This document shows, piece after piece, positions 1 to 14,234 of a DNA stretch of 64,000 nucleotides; positions within the stretch are counted from its first letter, which is position 1, and the number at the start of each line of letters is the position of its first letter. Position numbers and translations under genes: made by a program. Origin of the DNA: Sphagnum compactum (lineage: Eukaryota); the NCBI GenBank assembly GCA_965153455.1, contig OZ234493.1:27890213-27954212 (forward strand), read 5' to 3'. The notes beneath the pieces were generated by a model. That model worked only from the letters and a program-made list of their open reading frames with translations, was not told where the DNA came from and searched no databases.

Positions 1-531
1 TACATAAATATGTAGGTATTAAAACCTACCAACCTACCTACTTATGGTTATGTGTGACTTACCTAGCTACTAAAATAAATGTTTATATTTATTTATTTAT
101 TCCAAAATACAACTAATATGCCATGTGGTAATTTTTTAATGTGCCACATGTCACAATTTTGAACCATCATTAACAATCAAAATGAACTATGAAGATCAAT
201 ATTTTGAAAAAAAAATCATTTTTATGTCCATAAACTTTCATGATGCCACATGTCTAATTTTAATAGATGGATGACAATCAATGACATTAACATGACATCA
301 TGGGTGCAATTATAATGGAATTGCATAGTAGTTGAAAATGAATTATTTTGATTGAGTTGCAATTGAGTAGTAATGAATTGCACCGTATATATGATGAATT
401 GCAACTCTGCAACTCGTGCAATTTGTCTGTTAGCACTCACGGCGTATAAATACAATGAGTTGTAAATGTCCTCTACAACTCAAATATTCAATTATAGGGC
501 AAGTTGCAAAACACCCCTTTTTTTCATAATG
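1..531. mobile_element. Right end of a degenerate CACTA-like DNA transposon
   Basis: Reverse complement from 531 reads CATTATGAAAAAAAAGGGGTGTTTTGCAACTTG, one transition away from CACTA. It is preceded by many short GCAACT/AGTTGC repeats in both orientations (about 300-510), as expected for CACTA subterminal regions. The left end is not in the window. Confidence 0.45.
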
Positions 532-1474
532 AAACCATCCTAAAGTTTGTGTGGACTCGGAAGTTTTTTCAACAGCTAAGTTATTATGGAATGCTTTTGA
601 CACTTTGAAAAGTTGAACATGATTCGATCATCCAAGAAACACAACAATAATAAGAAGAAAGTAACTAAGAATTCACAACCTGGAACAAATTACCAGTTGC
701 AACAAAAGCTCATAACCAAGGTTGTCAAATTGACTAAAATGTCAACACTAACCAAGGTAGACAACTTAGCCTAACATAAGTAATAGGCTAATAGGTTACT
801 TGTTAGGTAACCTAATTAACTACTTAGTAGCCTACCCTAGGTGTACCTAGTAGAATATTTACATAATGTAGGCCTTCTAGGTTGGTATCTTAGATGGTCT
901 AAGTAGGAATTCAAGGTGGTTTAACTTATTAGATACACCTACTAACTATGTAAATAGTTTACTAGCCTAGATCACCTAGGCTAGTAGCCTAAACCACCTA
1001 AGCCTATTAAACATTTATGATAATTTTATGTCTATTCCTTTTTGTATTCTAACACATGTTATTTTAATTTTTAAAAAATTTATTTAAAAAAATACATGTA
1101 CATGAATTTTTTTAGTTTAAAAATACATTTGTTCATATAATTATTACAAGTATATAATATTAAATTATGGTTTAGGTTTAGAGTTTGGGACATATAATTT
1201 TATTTATTTTTAAAATTTTTGTAGTAATTAAAATAATCTAAGGTGCAGTTTGGGGGGAATTTTTAGGGCTTAAACATATGTAAAATAATGCAATGTCATA
1301 TTATATCTTTTTTAAATACAGTGAAAAAAAACTCGGCTTGGAGATTTACCAAATGGTAAGAGACATATTTTTATTTTTTTTTAAAAAATATTTAATTATT
1401 TAAAAATTAAAGCCAAATTTCTAGTTAGTGAAATTAAATATGTGTGCAGGTATTGCAAACTTATGTGAATAATT

Positions 1475-1775
1475 AACCCTAAATGAAATACCCATATTCA
1501 AATTCATTTTGAAATAACCCATTGGTGATTTAGGTATCCTTAATAAAGACACAACCCTAAATGAAATACCCACATGTAAGGTCACTTTGAAATGACCAAT
1601 ATGTAATTTGGGTGCTTTTGATTGAAGACCAAAACCTAGATGCAATAACCACATGCAAGTTCATTTTGAAATAATCCATAGATGATTTAGGTACCCTTAT
1701 GTGAAACTTAATCCTAAATACAATACCCACATGTAAGGTCACTTTAAAATAACCAATAAGTGGTTTGGGTATCCA
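1475..1775. repeat. Degenerate tandem repeat, about 79-bp unit, about 4 copies
   Basis: An AACCCTAAATGAAATACCCA-like motif recurs near 1475, 1553, 1633 and 1711 with similar sequence following each copy. Confidence 0.7.
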
Positions 1776-3539
1776 ATATATGTATTTTAATAGTGAATTA
1801 TTATTCTAAATCATTTTATAACAATTAATTGTCATGAATAATTATATGAAATAATGATTTGAATAATTTTTCAACATAATGTTTTTAATTAAAATAATAA
1901 ATTAAATATCAAATTATCAATTTGATTTTTAGATCTAAATTTAAATTATCTTAATTATATGACATAATTTGTTGATACTTTTAAATTATTATGTCATATG
2001 AATAAGTAATTATTAGATAATTATTTTAGATAATGTAAATGATTAATTATCATAATTTATCATTAATAATTATTTGATCATTCTTGAATCATCTAAAATA
2101 TTTTTTGATAATTTTTTAATTATGTGAAACATTCTCTGGCAATTCAATAATTAATTAAGATAATTATTCAGCCATTCATTAATTATGAAAATAATTATCT
2201 AATCATTCATTCATTATTTGAAACAAATTTTTAATCATTCATTAATTATCTTAAATAATTATCTAAAGGCATTACATATTTAAAAAATTCTTGCCATAAA
2301 ACATTGTGGATGTTGTAGTGTTGAAGGAAATTGGCATTATTTCTAAACCCATATGCGAGTATTGCAAAGGAAATAAAAAATCCTAACAACTATTAAGAAA
2401 CATTTATGCAGGTATTGCAACTTGAACCTAAACATAATGCAAATAAGTGCGTTATGGTGCAAGTATTGCAATGGATGTATAAAAAATAAAAAAATAATTT
2501 ATGAGACTTATATGTGGGTATTGCAAATTTAAATTGACCTTATGGAAACATGAATAAAAAGGATGTAGGTATTACATGTTAGCTTCATGATAATGCCAAT
2601 AAGTTAATTAATATGTGGGCATTGCTTTAAAAATCTTTAGATGATTGATTTCTTATACATTAGATGTAGGTATTGCATAATGTACATTATTGATCTTTGT
2701 AAACATTATACAAATTAATTATAAAATGTGCATATGGGACCAATTAAGTTTTTATTCTTACATGTAAGGCACTAAAAATATGACAAAAAAAAAGATGTAT
2801 ATGATTAACCATATACCCATGAAACAAATGTGATTAGAAGAAATATTTATATTAATAAAAGATGTACAAAATGGGTGGATCAAAAAATGCTAAAAAATTT
2901 AATGAATAAAAAGGTTCTCTATAATATATCAAAGAACCAAAGTTCAAAAAGTGGGTAGTCAAGAAATGAAGGGGTTAATAAAACCTAACATACTATATAA
3001 CATGGAAACCCTAAACCGTATCATTATCTACAATGTCGTGTTTAACTTAATAAACGATTGTCACCTTTGCAGCTTTTGCTACATGACGAGCAGTGTATAG
3101 ATGACAACGTTGCATCTCGACATGAATTGCAGTTGCAACAAACTCCTCCTTTGTTATGCCATGAACCTTGTAAACATCCAAAAACCACCAAATGAAACCT
3201 TAACACACCTTGGATGAAACTAATTTATATGAAAAAAAAACATTGATTATTATTTTTTCTTACCTTCCATGAATCATTCTAAAGTCATGGAAATCTAATA
3301 CATCTATCAACTCTTGTGTCCAACTTGCTGTAATGGACTTTTGATCCCAATTTCTGACATCCCATGTCATTTTCAATCCTTATGCATATGCAGAGCGGGT
3401 CAATCGGATCATCTCTTGTAAATATTCATCCTTCTCCATCCATGATATTGCATCCCAAGGCATGTTTCCCACACCCTAGGCATTAAGACCCAAAACCTAC
3501 AATAATTGTTCTAAAACTAACTTGACTAAAGTTGGTTTT

Positions 3540-3835
3540 GGTAATGGTGGACATTGTTGTGCAACAATTATTAGTTCATCCTATTTGCGCTGGGCTTTGG
3601 CACAAACGTGACTAGCAACCTTTTGATCATTCCGCCTATACATAGCCATGACATTTCCCAAGATGCGAACATTCATTTTAATGTGGTCTTGATGCCAAAG
3701 ACTTCTTTTAGAAATTGAAGGCTTCCAAATTTGGCCTTTTTTGCCACTAAACCATGCACTTCTTTCAAATGTTTGGTTAACAACCACTTGGCAACATATG
3801 CAACGGTGCAATTGTCGATTTTACATCACCATTTT
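3540..3835 (-). pseudogene. Relic ORF containing a C2H2 zinc finger, probably transposon-borne
   Basis: Minus strand about 3750-3830 reads CKIDNCTVAYVAKWLLTKHLKEVHG (C-x4-C-x12-H-x4-H). Stops and frameshifts flank it. Confidence 0.4.
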
Positions 3836-4329
3836 GACTCATCCTTATTCCATTCCTTATCCTTACAAACAATATTAGGTGGACAAAGGGGGTGTTAATG
3901 GGTGAGTGGGGTCAATTTAACCTTTGGACTTGAACCACAAACCCCCTAAAAACAAGTTTTTAATGTTTAATAAAAAACTTTAACCTTAAACCTTAGAAAC
4001 AAGATCACACAACAAAATGCAAATATTACAAACAAGACTAACTTTTTTTAAGGTATTGCAATGAATTTTTTATTAAAAAAATCCCATGCCTTCCCTCAAA
4101 TGATGAAAGGCATGGGTAGAATCGAATTTAGAAGTTTCATACAATTTTTTAAAATCAATTTAACAAAGTCTAATTTATGTAAATTCTTAAATAATTTAAC
4201 CTACTAGTTTTCCGTCAAAATTCCCAATTTGTTTTGGGACAGATTTTATCACTTGGATTAGACACAATCACATGGGGCAACTCCAAATTACATTGAGTAA
4301 TTTCATCAACTCCAAGTTCCCCAATTCCT

Positions 4330-4465
4330 AATTCTGATGCAGCAACATTTTTTTTTAGTTGCCAATTCTGATGTAACAACATTTTGTTCCTCTATTGCCA
4401 ATTCTGGTGCAATAACATTTTGTTCTTCACTTGCCAATTCTGGTGCAACAACATTTTGTTCTTGA
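4330..4465. repeat. 36-bp tandem repeat, about 4 copies
   Basis: AACATTTTGTTC...TTGCCAATTCTGGTGC recurs at about 4343, 4377, 4413 and 4449. It explains the EEQNVVAPELA repeats in ORF 4306-4512. Confidence 0.75.
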
Positions 4466-4679
4466 ATTTTCCAATCACAACAAACCTTCTTCAATTTCCT
4501 TTTTCTACCCATTGCAATCTTACATATTTAAACCAAAACCTTAGTAAACAATCGTATTGAATTTTTTGCCTTTTTTAGAAGACCAAAAGCAAAAAAAATG
4601 AGTTGTTCTCCTTTTGAAAGGAGCACCAACAAGAGCCCATGACAACATGCAAAATAAATGGCAGGCAATGCCTTCTTCA

Positions 4680-5100
4680 AACAAAAAGAAAAAGGTGACA
4701 TTAGAAAGAAGAAGGCGACGCTTGTTGTCACCTTTTTCGCAACAAAACAACGAGGAGGGAGGAGGCGATGACACTATTATTGTAGCCTTTTTTGTAACAA
4801 AACAATAAAGAAGGAAGAGGCAACAACAATGCCATCACCTTTTTTGCACAAAACAACAAGGAGGGAGGAGGCGATGGCAATGCCATCGTCTTTTTTTCTC
4901 AAATAATGAGAAGAAGAAGGTGACAACACTCACGTTGTCGCCTTTTTTGCAACAAAACAACGAAGAAGGAGGAGGCGACAGCACTGCTATTGTTGCCTTC
5001 TTTGCAGCAAAACAACAAGCTTTTTTCACAACAAAATTACGAGGATGGAGGAGGTGACGACACTCTTGCCGTCACCTTCTTCGCAACAAAACAACGATAG
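4680..5100. repeat. Degenerate CAACAAAACAACGAGGAGGGAGGAGGCGA repeat block
   Basis: The motif recurs at about 4740, 4850, 4950 and 5030 and is purine-rich and low in complexity. Confidence 0.6.
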
Positions 5101-8100
5101 AAAAAATCAAAAAGGAGGAGAAAGGAGGGAGCTTACCTTCAAGCTCTCACTTCTGCCACTAGGTTGAAGCTCCTCTTGCCTTGCGTCTCCACTTACTTAA
5201 GCTCCCTCGCCTTGCATTTCCCTAAACCCTAAACTCCTCTTGCCTAGGCGTCTCCACATTCCTAAACCCGAAACTCTCAAAGCTTTGAGCTACTAAGCTC
5301 TCCCGAGCTCTGGCAATGGAGCTGAGCACAAAATGAAGTGAAGTAGGTAGGAGGGGAAAACCTTGGGGCAGAGAAGAGGGCTAAAAAAAACCCTGGGCAA
5401 CGGAGAAGGAAAATAAAAGTGCCCTGCTTGAATGTGTTTGGGTCCATCCCCAAAACAACTTGAATGCCCTCATCCTGAACTGGTGCACTGGTGGCTGCTG
5501 GTTCACTGCGGCCCACTTTCAGGACTTATGGGCCTGTAAGTTCTGAAAATGAACTTTTTCTTTTCTTTTGTAGTGAGTCCATTTTTAGGACTTGCCAGAC
5601 CCCAGTTCAAAAACTGAAATTTCTTTCCCCCTTCTACAGACAACAGACAACTACAAATACATACTGAAACTATAAAACCTAAAACTTAACCCTAACCCCA
5701 ATTAAGACTCTTCTGACTATTAAAAGGGTATGAGTCAAGTTTTTTTTGAAATATCCTATACCTTGGGTCGAGTGCAGTTACATATATTTGATTTATGAAA
5801 CTGCCTGTTACGAGGTGGGGCCATGCAATAAGTTTCAAAAAATCCTGGGTAGGAGGAGAGTTTGGGTTTTTGAAAGAAAAAAAAGCCCTGGCTGTCATAT
5901 ATGCATAAGCTCTATCTAATGACTGGATAATACCCTGTCTTGATTCTAATGCCCACCCCTCACTGGTCCGTTCCTATTTCGATAACCACCAAACACTGGG
6001 AAAAACCCAAAATTTGTTTTGGTGGCTTCTAAACATCATAACTATCCAATCTGGAAACTAAATGGCCATCTCTGAGTCCACATTTAACATTTCCCAGCTC
6101 AAATATAGCCACTAAGAAGCCTCACTGAAGAAGGCAAAGGTACACCAATGCAGGTACTGGTTGACTTTGGCTGCTGAACTAAATTAATCGTCGAAAAAAT
6201 GATTGACCTAACCAAGTAACCATGGTTAGGTGATAATTTGACACCACAAATGAAAGCAGCCTAGAAAGTACAGCTAGGTCTCAAGGTATCCAGGGTGTCA
6301 CTCACACATTGGTTCCAACTCCAGCCAAAATTTTACCCCAAAAATCTTACACACTACTTAGCCTGCTACTGATGCAAAACTAACTCTGTTTTAATTCCAC
6401 TATGGTGGACAGAGCTAATAAATCTTGGCAGGCAGTTTACATCAGTTGAAAACCATGTGCATGAATTTCTTCATCAGTCCTCATCATCAACCAATATGTG
6501 GGTGATTGGAAGTTTGGTCCAATGAGGTGCCTTACAGCTCCTACTTGACAGCAATATCATGGGTTCCTGAACTTTAGTACGTTGAAGTACTCTGGAGTCT
6601 CTGGTTTCCAGCCTTCTGTGTTGTAGTCCCCGGCCTTCTTACGTGGCCAGTTTTCCAGATGCCCATCACAAACTTGTCTGATCCCGAGAGATCATATCCC
6701 AAAACCTGTACCCCTAATCAAAGGTTTGCGTAGCTGGCTGATTCAGCTCTACCGACAGCAGTGAATTTTTGTTTTTGTTTCAATTTTGCTCCAGTGGCAA
6801 TCATCCATAAAGAGGATTTAGCCAAATCTGGCTATAAACAAAATATGAAAGTAAAATTTTTTAAAGTAATTTCTGAATATTTTTGGTTACCTTGTTGAAA
6901 CTCCATCTAGAATCAGGCAAATTTTAATTCTTTTTTCTAATTTGAGAGCTAGAAAATTTCCAAAAAAAATTTGTTTGACAGTTTGAAAAAGAAAATCAAC
7001 TGGTGAAAATTCATCCTAAAAAATAATAAATGCTCACTTACACACCATAACATAAGCGTGTTGGCCAGGTTTCCATAATCTGATTTCTATAACATTCAAA
7101 CTACCAAGAATGAGCATAGAATGAGAGAAGACACTTAATAAGTTACCCCAGAAGAAAAGTATTTTTGTGGATAATATCATATATCATTCAGAAGCCAAAA
7201 GAAGGATTAAATTATTGTATTAGAATGCAAGTTGCAGTCCGAGTCTATCTGTTTTAGATACACACAAGCGTTGGCAAGGGAGGTGAACACTTTTTATTCA
7301 TATCTCGGGAAACTCATCAGTTGGCAAGATCTTGCCCAATCTACTGGTAAGGTAAGAAATGATTGGCTGACAAATGCTGGCCGCCCATCTTTGCCCCAAC
7401 CATAAAGCAATTGGAGAAGTTTCCTAAGTGCATTTGAAAGGCACCTTATACTGGTGAATATGCCTATTTGGATAGAGGAGGGATATTACATATTACACCT
7501 ACTCCTCTAGAGTGGGAGGGATCTTATGCCTATTTTAGGCTAAGATCTCTCCCACTCTTAAGGTGTAAGTGTACAAAACTTGCCCCTCCTATACCCTTGT
7601 AACCAACCTAGGTTCATGACAACTTTTGTTTCATGCTTTATGATGGATAAAGCCTGTGAGCTGGAGACATTCCCAAAAGGCGAGGGTCGACTTGACTACC
7701 TTGCCTTTCATCCTATGCACCTTATTTTTGGAATCCCCCACCCTAGTCTTCCCTCCACACAATAACCCCCTCTTTGATCCGGATTCTAGGGTAACTTGGG
7801 CTTTACCCTACACATAACCCCGAGGTTATTTCAATGACAAGTCATAAATGTGTCGTTCATTTCGAGGTGGCTCAATGTCAATTTCAACACATAGGCAATG
7901 TGAGCCCTTGAGCAAACTGATGTCAAAACAAGTCAGGTTTTGACGATGACTCGACATCAATTTTGACCCCCCCAAAGCGTTGTGCCCCTAAACATGTCAC
8001 TTGAAACCTAAAAGTCAAAACCTACCACCCACCAAAGCATGTCAAATTTCAACGAGCAGTTCAACACAAGTTTTGATGCATGGGCAGCCCAAAACTAAAA

Positions 8101-11100
8101 CATACCACCCATTGAAACATGTAAAGTTTTGGGAGCTATGTTTCAATGCCATGCGCACATGTTGCATGTCCCTCCATGCAAAACCCATCCATGCCCCATC
8201 CATAACGCTTTAAACCTTTTTCCACTTTCACACATTTGGTCTAACTTTTGTTGAACTATTTCGTCAGAACAATTAATGCAAGTAATGTAATAGGTTTTTA
8301 AGTTTAAGTAGGAATTGATTACAAAAGGGATGGGCCACGTGTCAATTGCCACATCAAATAGGAACATTCCATGTTTCGGTTAGGGTTTAGTTTTTTTGTA
8401 TTGTTTTTTAATTTTGTTAGAGCTACAAGCTTTGTTTCTTCTCGCAACACTAGCATGAGGCAATACAAGCAATAACGCATCCCTTCTTCCTATCTTTACT
8501 TTTTTTTAGCACAATAATCCAATTAGTCGTGATAGATGAATAGAAACATGGAGAGCCAAAAAACATATTTGATAGTAGAAAATGTGAAGATAGATCAAAT
8601 AATTTTCGTGAAGAATGCTTACAATTACTTCAAGAATGTCACAATCATTGCCAAAAAGATGGGAACAAGTTTATTTTCGTTTATTGTAACTACAAAAAGA
8701 ATTCGAAGACGAGGATCAACGAGCACTGAAAGAAGGGGTGTGACAAAAATCTCCTACCATTAACAAACACAATGGAGGGTGTGCATCTTGTGAAGGGTGG
8801 AAACATTTTGGAATATAGGGCAAAGGTGAATGCATTGTCAAAGTTATGACACAATTGCCTTTCGTCTATGTTGGCTTTACATGGAGTACAAACCTTTGAA
8901 CACAAACGGAATAAGGAAAAAACAACGTCCTTGGATATACACGAGGAAGTCCCAAAGGAATTCGTGGTTGTTCGTAAGAAACGGTTCACAAGACATGGAG
9001 GTTAACTTGTCAAACAAGTTTAAAAGACAAACAAGAAACTAAAACACCCTACTTTGCCAAAAACTATACTTTAAAAGCAATTTCAACACAGCGGTATCGG
9101 ATCATGCCTTGTTTATGAAAATCTACAACATTATAATGATTTGCTTAAATTTCAAAAAAAATCAATTATTGATTGTAAACTGCTTGAAAAGTATTTGTTT
9201 AATATCTAATTTTCAATTGAAAAATAGCCCTTATCAGTTCATGTGAAACATCTTACAATGTAATTGCTTGGAAAAGTCAGATTTTTTTTAATTTGTTAGT
9301 GGACGAAATTTGATAAGTTTCAAACTCGTCCCACATAAATATCATGTTTCAAATCAAATTTAAGCCAAAGTCATCAATCGTCTATACTTCCTTCCATGTT
9401 TCGACTTTCTATCAGTAACAATGAAACATGTTATGATACTAATAGTTATGTTTCATTGGCCAAGTTACAATAAATAACATAATTCTTACAAAAATGTCAT
9501 GTTTCGAATCGGTTCTACATTAATTTCATCAATTGTCCACAACTCAACATCATGTTTCAACTTTCACAGTCTGGAAACCTATAATAAAAACTAACGTTTT
9601 TTTATAGGAATGTTTCAATGCTTATTGATTACCATGTTTTAATAGGTTTTAACTAGCGTGTTTCAAAGGTATAATATGTTTCAACTTACAATAGATTTAC
9701 TTGGGTGCAATGAAATAACACGAGCCACACCCACCTACTTTGTGATTTTTTTGGGAAAATATTTTTTGGAATATTCTTGGAAAAGTTTTTGAAAAACTAT
9801 TTTTAAATTTTTTAAATTTTTGTCATACTATTTTATTAAGGTTCATGTTAAAAATTTGGTAAAAAATGTCATTTTCAAGAACTTTGAAATCCATTTACAA
9901 GTTTTTTTACATTTAAAAGTAAGCATTACAGTGTTTAATGAATGTTTTTGTTATTTTTTTATTCATTGAATTAATTTCAAATTAATTCACATGTTCCCAT
10001 GATATATTAAAAACACAAATATATAAATAAATCTTACAATTTCAACATCAAATTAAATTACAACTTTAAAACATGAAAAAACCAAACAAGTGTTACACTT
10101 GCTATGGTATGTGTTATTGTGACTACACCCACCTACTAAAGTTTCTACATTCATATCACAATTTAAACAGTGTGGAATCCAAACATATAGAGGTTTTGGA
10201 TGTAGTTTTTCCATTAGCAAGTATGGATACCAACAAATACTTGAATTGCATACCCCAACATCAACTCCCAAAAAGCCAAAAGGAAACAATGAGAATTGAA
10301 GAAGAAATTAGAGCTTGATAGGGTGTTTTATGAGAATGGTGCCTAGCAAAAAGCTAATTATGTATTTTGAGAATTCTTGAAATGAAAACCAATGTTTTTT
10401 CAAAACATCGTAGAAACACCAAGGATTTGGCATCTATTACTATGAATCTTATTATTTGGGACTAGAAGGCACACAAAAAGATGAATTTGCAAAAACATTG
10501 GATACCTTTGTTAAAGATCCAAACTTCAACACCATTGCATACTGCACACTCAGCAAGTTAATGCGAGGCAACAAACTAACATGCAATTACTCTAAGCTTA
10601 TCACTCCATTGCAATACATCCACATGATCATATGATATTTAACATATGTGCTCCATAGTCCTTTCAATCAGTTTATTCACACTTAATTCCATATTTATGT
10701 TTTGGATACATAGGTGTGTTTCAAATTCTACATAATTGAGGTTTCATGATCACTTATGGTTAAAGCTTCCTCTCATGTATAATCATTTACATTTTGTTTT
10801 GCATCCACGTTCTTAATAAGTTTCCTTTCCATTATTGACCTTTCTATGGCATTGTTGGCACATTTTTTAGTCCCCCAAAACATAGCCACTTCATGTTTTA
10901 ATCTTTTGAAACTTAGCCACTTCATGGTTGAATACCCTGAAACATGGTGATAACATTATTCAATCCCCCAAATCATGGCCACTCCACTTGTTTGAATTAA
11001 ATAGAGTATCGAATGAAATACCTTGATAATCGTTATGTGTTTTATTCATGTTACATATGTTTGTTATGTCCATGTTAATATAGTTTTCATTGTGCAATCG

Positions 11101-14100
11101 GATGTAGGCTAAACATGGAGTTGACATTGTTGATTCAGTGTCCCAAACAATGGACATTTTAAAAGCTAGCGGCATACAATCATTGATTTTCTCCATGAGT
11201 TTTTGGACTATCAAAAACATCTACAACAGTTTTATGAGGCGGAGAATGAACACAAGGATAACTTAAAACCACAAAGGTTGGCCTTTGTTGCTAAACGCCA
11301 TAAGGAATTTGTATGGCCAATGCAACAAAAATTGAGGCTATAAAGTGGGATTGGAATCCTTTATAACATATTGTCATTAATGAAGAATGTTTACATGCGA
11401 CAAATAAGCTTGAGCTCCCTTGGTCACATTTTCCCCATGAGGCAAAATTAATTTCAAGTACCTTTTTGTGGAGGAACACACCTTTGAGGAGTGTTCCTTA
11501 GGAAGTTAAGCTAGTAAAGGGTTTTTTTCTTGCACTCCTTCAATAAAGATGTTAGTTATGTTTGCCCACTCCAAGAAGCTAAGGGCTTCCCCTAAAAAGC
11601 TAAGGATAGGGGAATATCACCATGGTTGGCGGAAAACTATAGATATATTAAAGCATTAAGATGAGCATTTTTTATTTGAGGGATGAGAAATTCATGGGGA
11701 TAGTAGGGAGGAGGACATAGTGGCTGCATATGAAAGGCTCATATCAACATCAGATAATCTATCCGAAATGTCTTTTTTTTTTTCTTATGTATAAATTAAG
11801 GCAGTAAAGGATATGGTATGTGAAGATGTTGCATTGTTCTAGGAAATTTGGGAGCAAACATATGAGAAACAAGGTGAAGCTTCACTTTTGGAGATTAGGC
11901 AATATTTGAAACGTCGTGAAGACATAAACATGGGATGGGTTAATGTCCATTGGGGTATGCCTCAATATCAAGATGTTAATCTCACCCATGAAGCTATGCT
12001 TGCCCTAGATAGGGTGGTAGAACAAAGACATACTTCCTTGTTTCCTATTCAACTAACAATTAAAAGTAAACCAATGATGTTATCTTTGGAAGCACCATTG
12101 GACTTCACAACCAATGAATGGAACATCCAGGTCCGTGAAATAAATGAAATAGATTTGATCCAACCAAAAAAGAGCTCGAACAAAAAACAAGTCAAACAAC
12201 ATGATGCTCACATGACATAAACATTTGAAATGGAGTTTAACCCACATGATGTGGTGATAGCACATGTGGATACGCTAAACATGGATATTTCAAAACATGT
12301 ATCACACAATAACCAGCATGTTTTGCAAGTCCCTAACAATGTTTTACATGTGAAAGGACATCATGTTTTTTATGTCTCGAAATTTCAACTTTCAAACATC
12401 CACGTTTCAAAAGTTCAAATTCTAGAAAATCAAAATTTGAAAGCTCAAGTTTTGGAAGTCCACATTTCGAGTATCCAAGTTTCAGACAAGGACCATGTTT
12501 TGGAGAGTTTTGATTTGATTCAAGTGGATGAAACCACTAAAGGTCCTCAAGAACTCGAAAGGAGCCATGATGAATTAAAATAGTATGCGTTATTACAAGA
12601 TTTATGCTAGATAATAGTTGCATCTTTTGTTGGAATCTCAGGAGGTTCATGCTACATGTTCCTATATGCTCTTGTCGAATCTACGAAATTTTCAGCAGGC
12701 TCAACTCAGATACTCAAGACCCAAGGTGCAAGATCTTCCTCCCTTATTGATGTTCGTTACATGAAAGTGCAAGTATCTGAGCTATAGAATACTAAGGATT
12801 GATTACCTATGTTCCTAGACCCAATTATCCTTTCAATTCATGTTTCAAGTGCATATGCAAATGAACATGTTTTGAATGTTCAAGCTTTGGTCAATGACAC
12901 ACATCATCATGCATTAGAGGTTTTCCATGCTTCAAATAAATGTGGACCTTGTGATGTTAGGGAAATGGACGTCAAATACGTTTGGTGGGCCCATCAACAA
13001 CCATCACCGATACATAATCTTGGTTATGTTTCGATAGTGAATCATGGGGATTTTGTTGTGGAAAATAACCAAAACATGATAGGAACACATATTTAATTAA
13101 TTATAGACTATGAAATAGTTCAAAAATTAAAACAATCAATTTTGAAAGTTTTTAAAAAATGGAATAACATCTTCAACCTGGTGGCCACTAGAATTCAAAA
13201 ATTAAAAGAGCTTTAAAAACAAGGGAAATAACTAAAGCATCACATAACATCACCAAGTTTTTGTGGTGCCCATTAAAATCAATAAAACACTTAATAAGCA
13301 ATTCAATGGATCAAATAACACAATTTGAAATAGCTACTAAATTTTATGTCATTCAAATGTAGAGTATCAACAAAAGAATTTACAAGCTACAGTTCATGTA
13401 TCTCATAAATCGTTGGTGGAACATTGAACACAAAAGCTTGGGGGGCACTAAACAATTGAAAAGAATTATCTATTAGAAAATAACAATAGAAATATCATCT
13501 AGTGGCCACCAATGGGTATCATAGTCCTAACTTGAAACGTATTGTGACATATACATTGAACATTTAACCTTGAGTAGGAAGAAATTTGCATATTATGAAA
13601 TATGAATTTCATTATGTGGAGCCAACAACCAAAGTAAACCTCAAGTGCATGAAAAAACAATAATTCTCAATTTGTTGATGTCATACAAATACAAGTATCA
13701 AAAACTATGTCGCCGTTTATATAGAAATTCGAAACATGAGCTACTGAAACTAAAATTCAACCTTATAACCAACCTGAAATTAAGGAAATGTCTAACCTTT
13801 TAGACCAAAAGTCAAATATGCAAATAAATCCTTCACATTTTTAAATAGAGAATCTAGTCGACAACATGATTTTTTACCTACTAAACTATAAATGCCTTCA
13901 TGTAATCTACAAACAAAGACTACAATCCACTGCAAACAAAAATGAATAAATGAAATTTCCCCAAACTACAAACCTTTGACAAAATAAAAAAAAAATAAAA
14001 ATAAATGAACCAATGTGAAACGAAAGACATAAAAAAAAACAAAAACAGAAAAGAAATTTTTTATTTAAAATGTCACCTAAAGGAAGTTGTGTTATTCTCG

Positions 14101-14234
14101 GATCCCCACTCAAACTGCCCTCAAACTACTTGAACCAAACATAAGACAGATATTGAGAACTAAATGGTGGCTTCAAAAACTACATGATAACTATGAAATG
14201 GGTGTTAACCATCTTTGCAAAGGGCAAACCATTC

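Noticed and set aside
5561-5575. Reverse CACTACAAAAG as a CACTA terminus
   Set aside because: No partner TIR or clear subterminal repeat array, and repeat-like sequence continues past it.
11888-13096. Run of plus-strand ORFs of 95-117 aa
   Set aside because: Low-complexity, stop-interrupted sequence in repeat DNA with no identifiable domain. Probably TE-derived but not classifiable.
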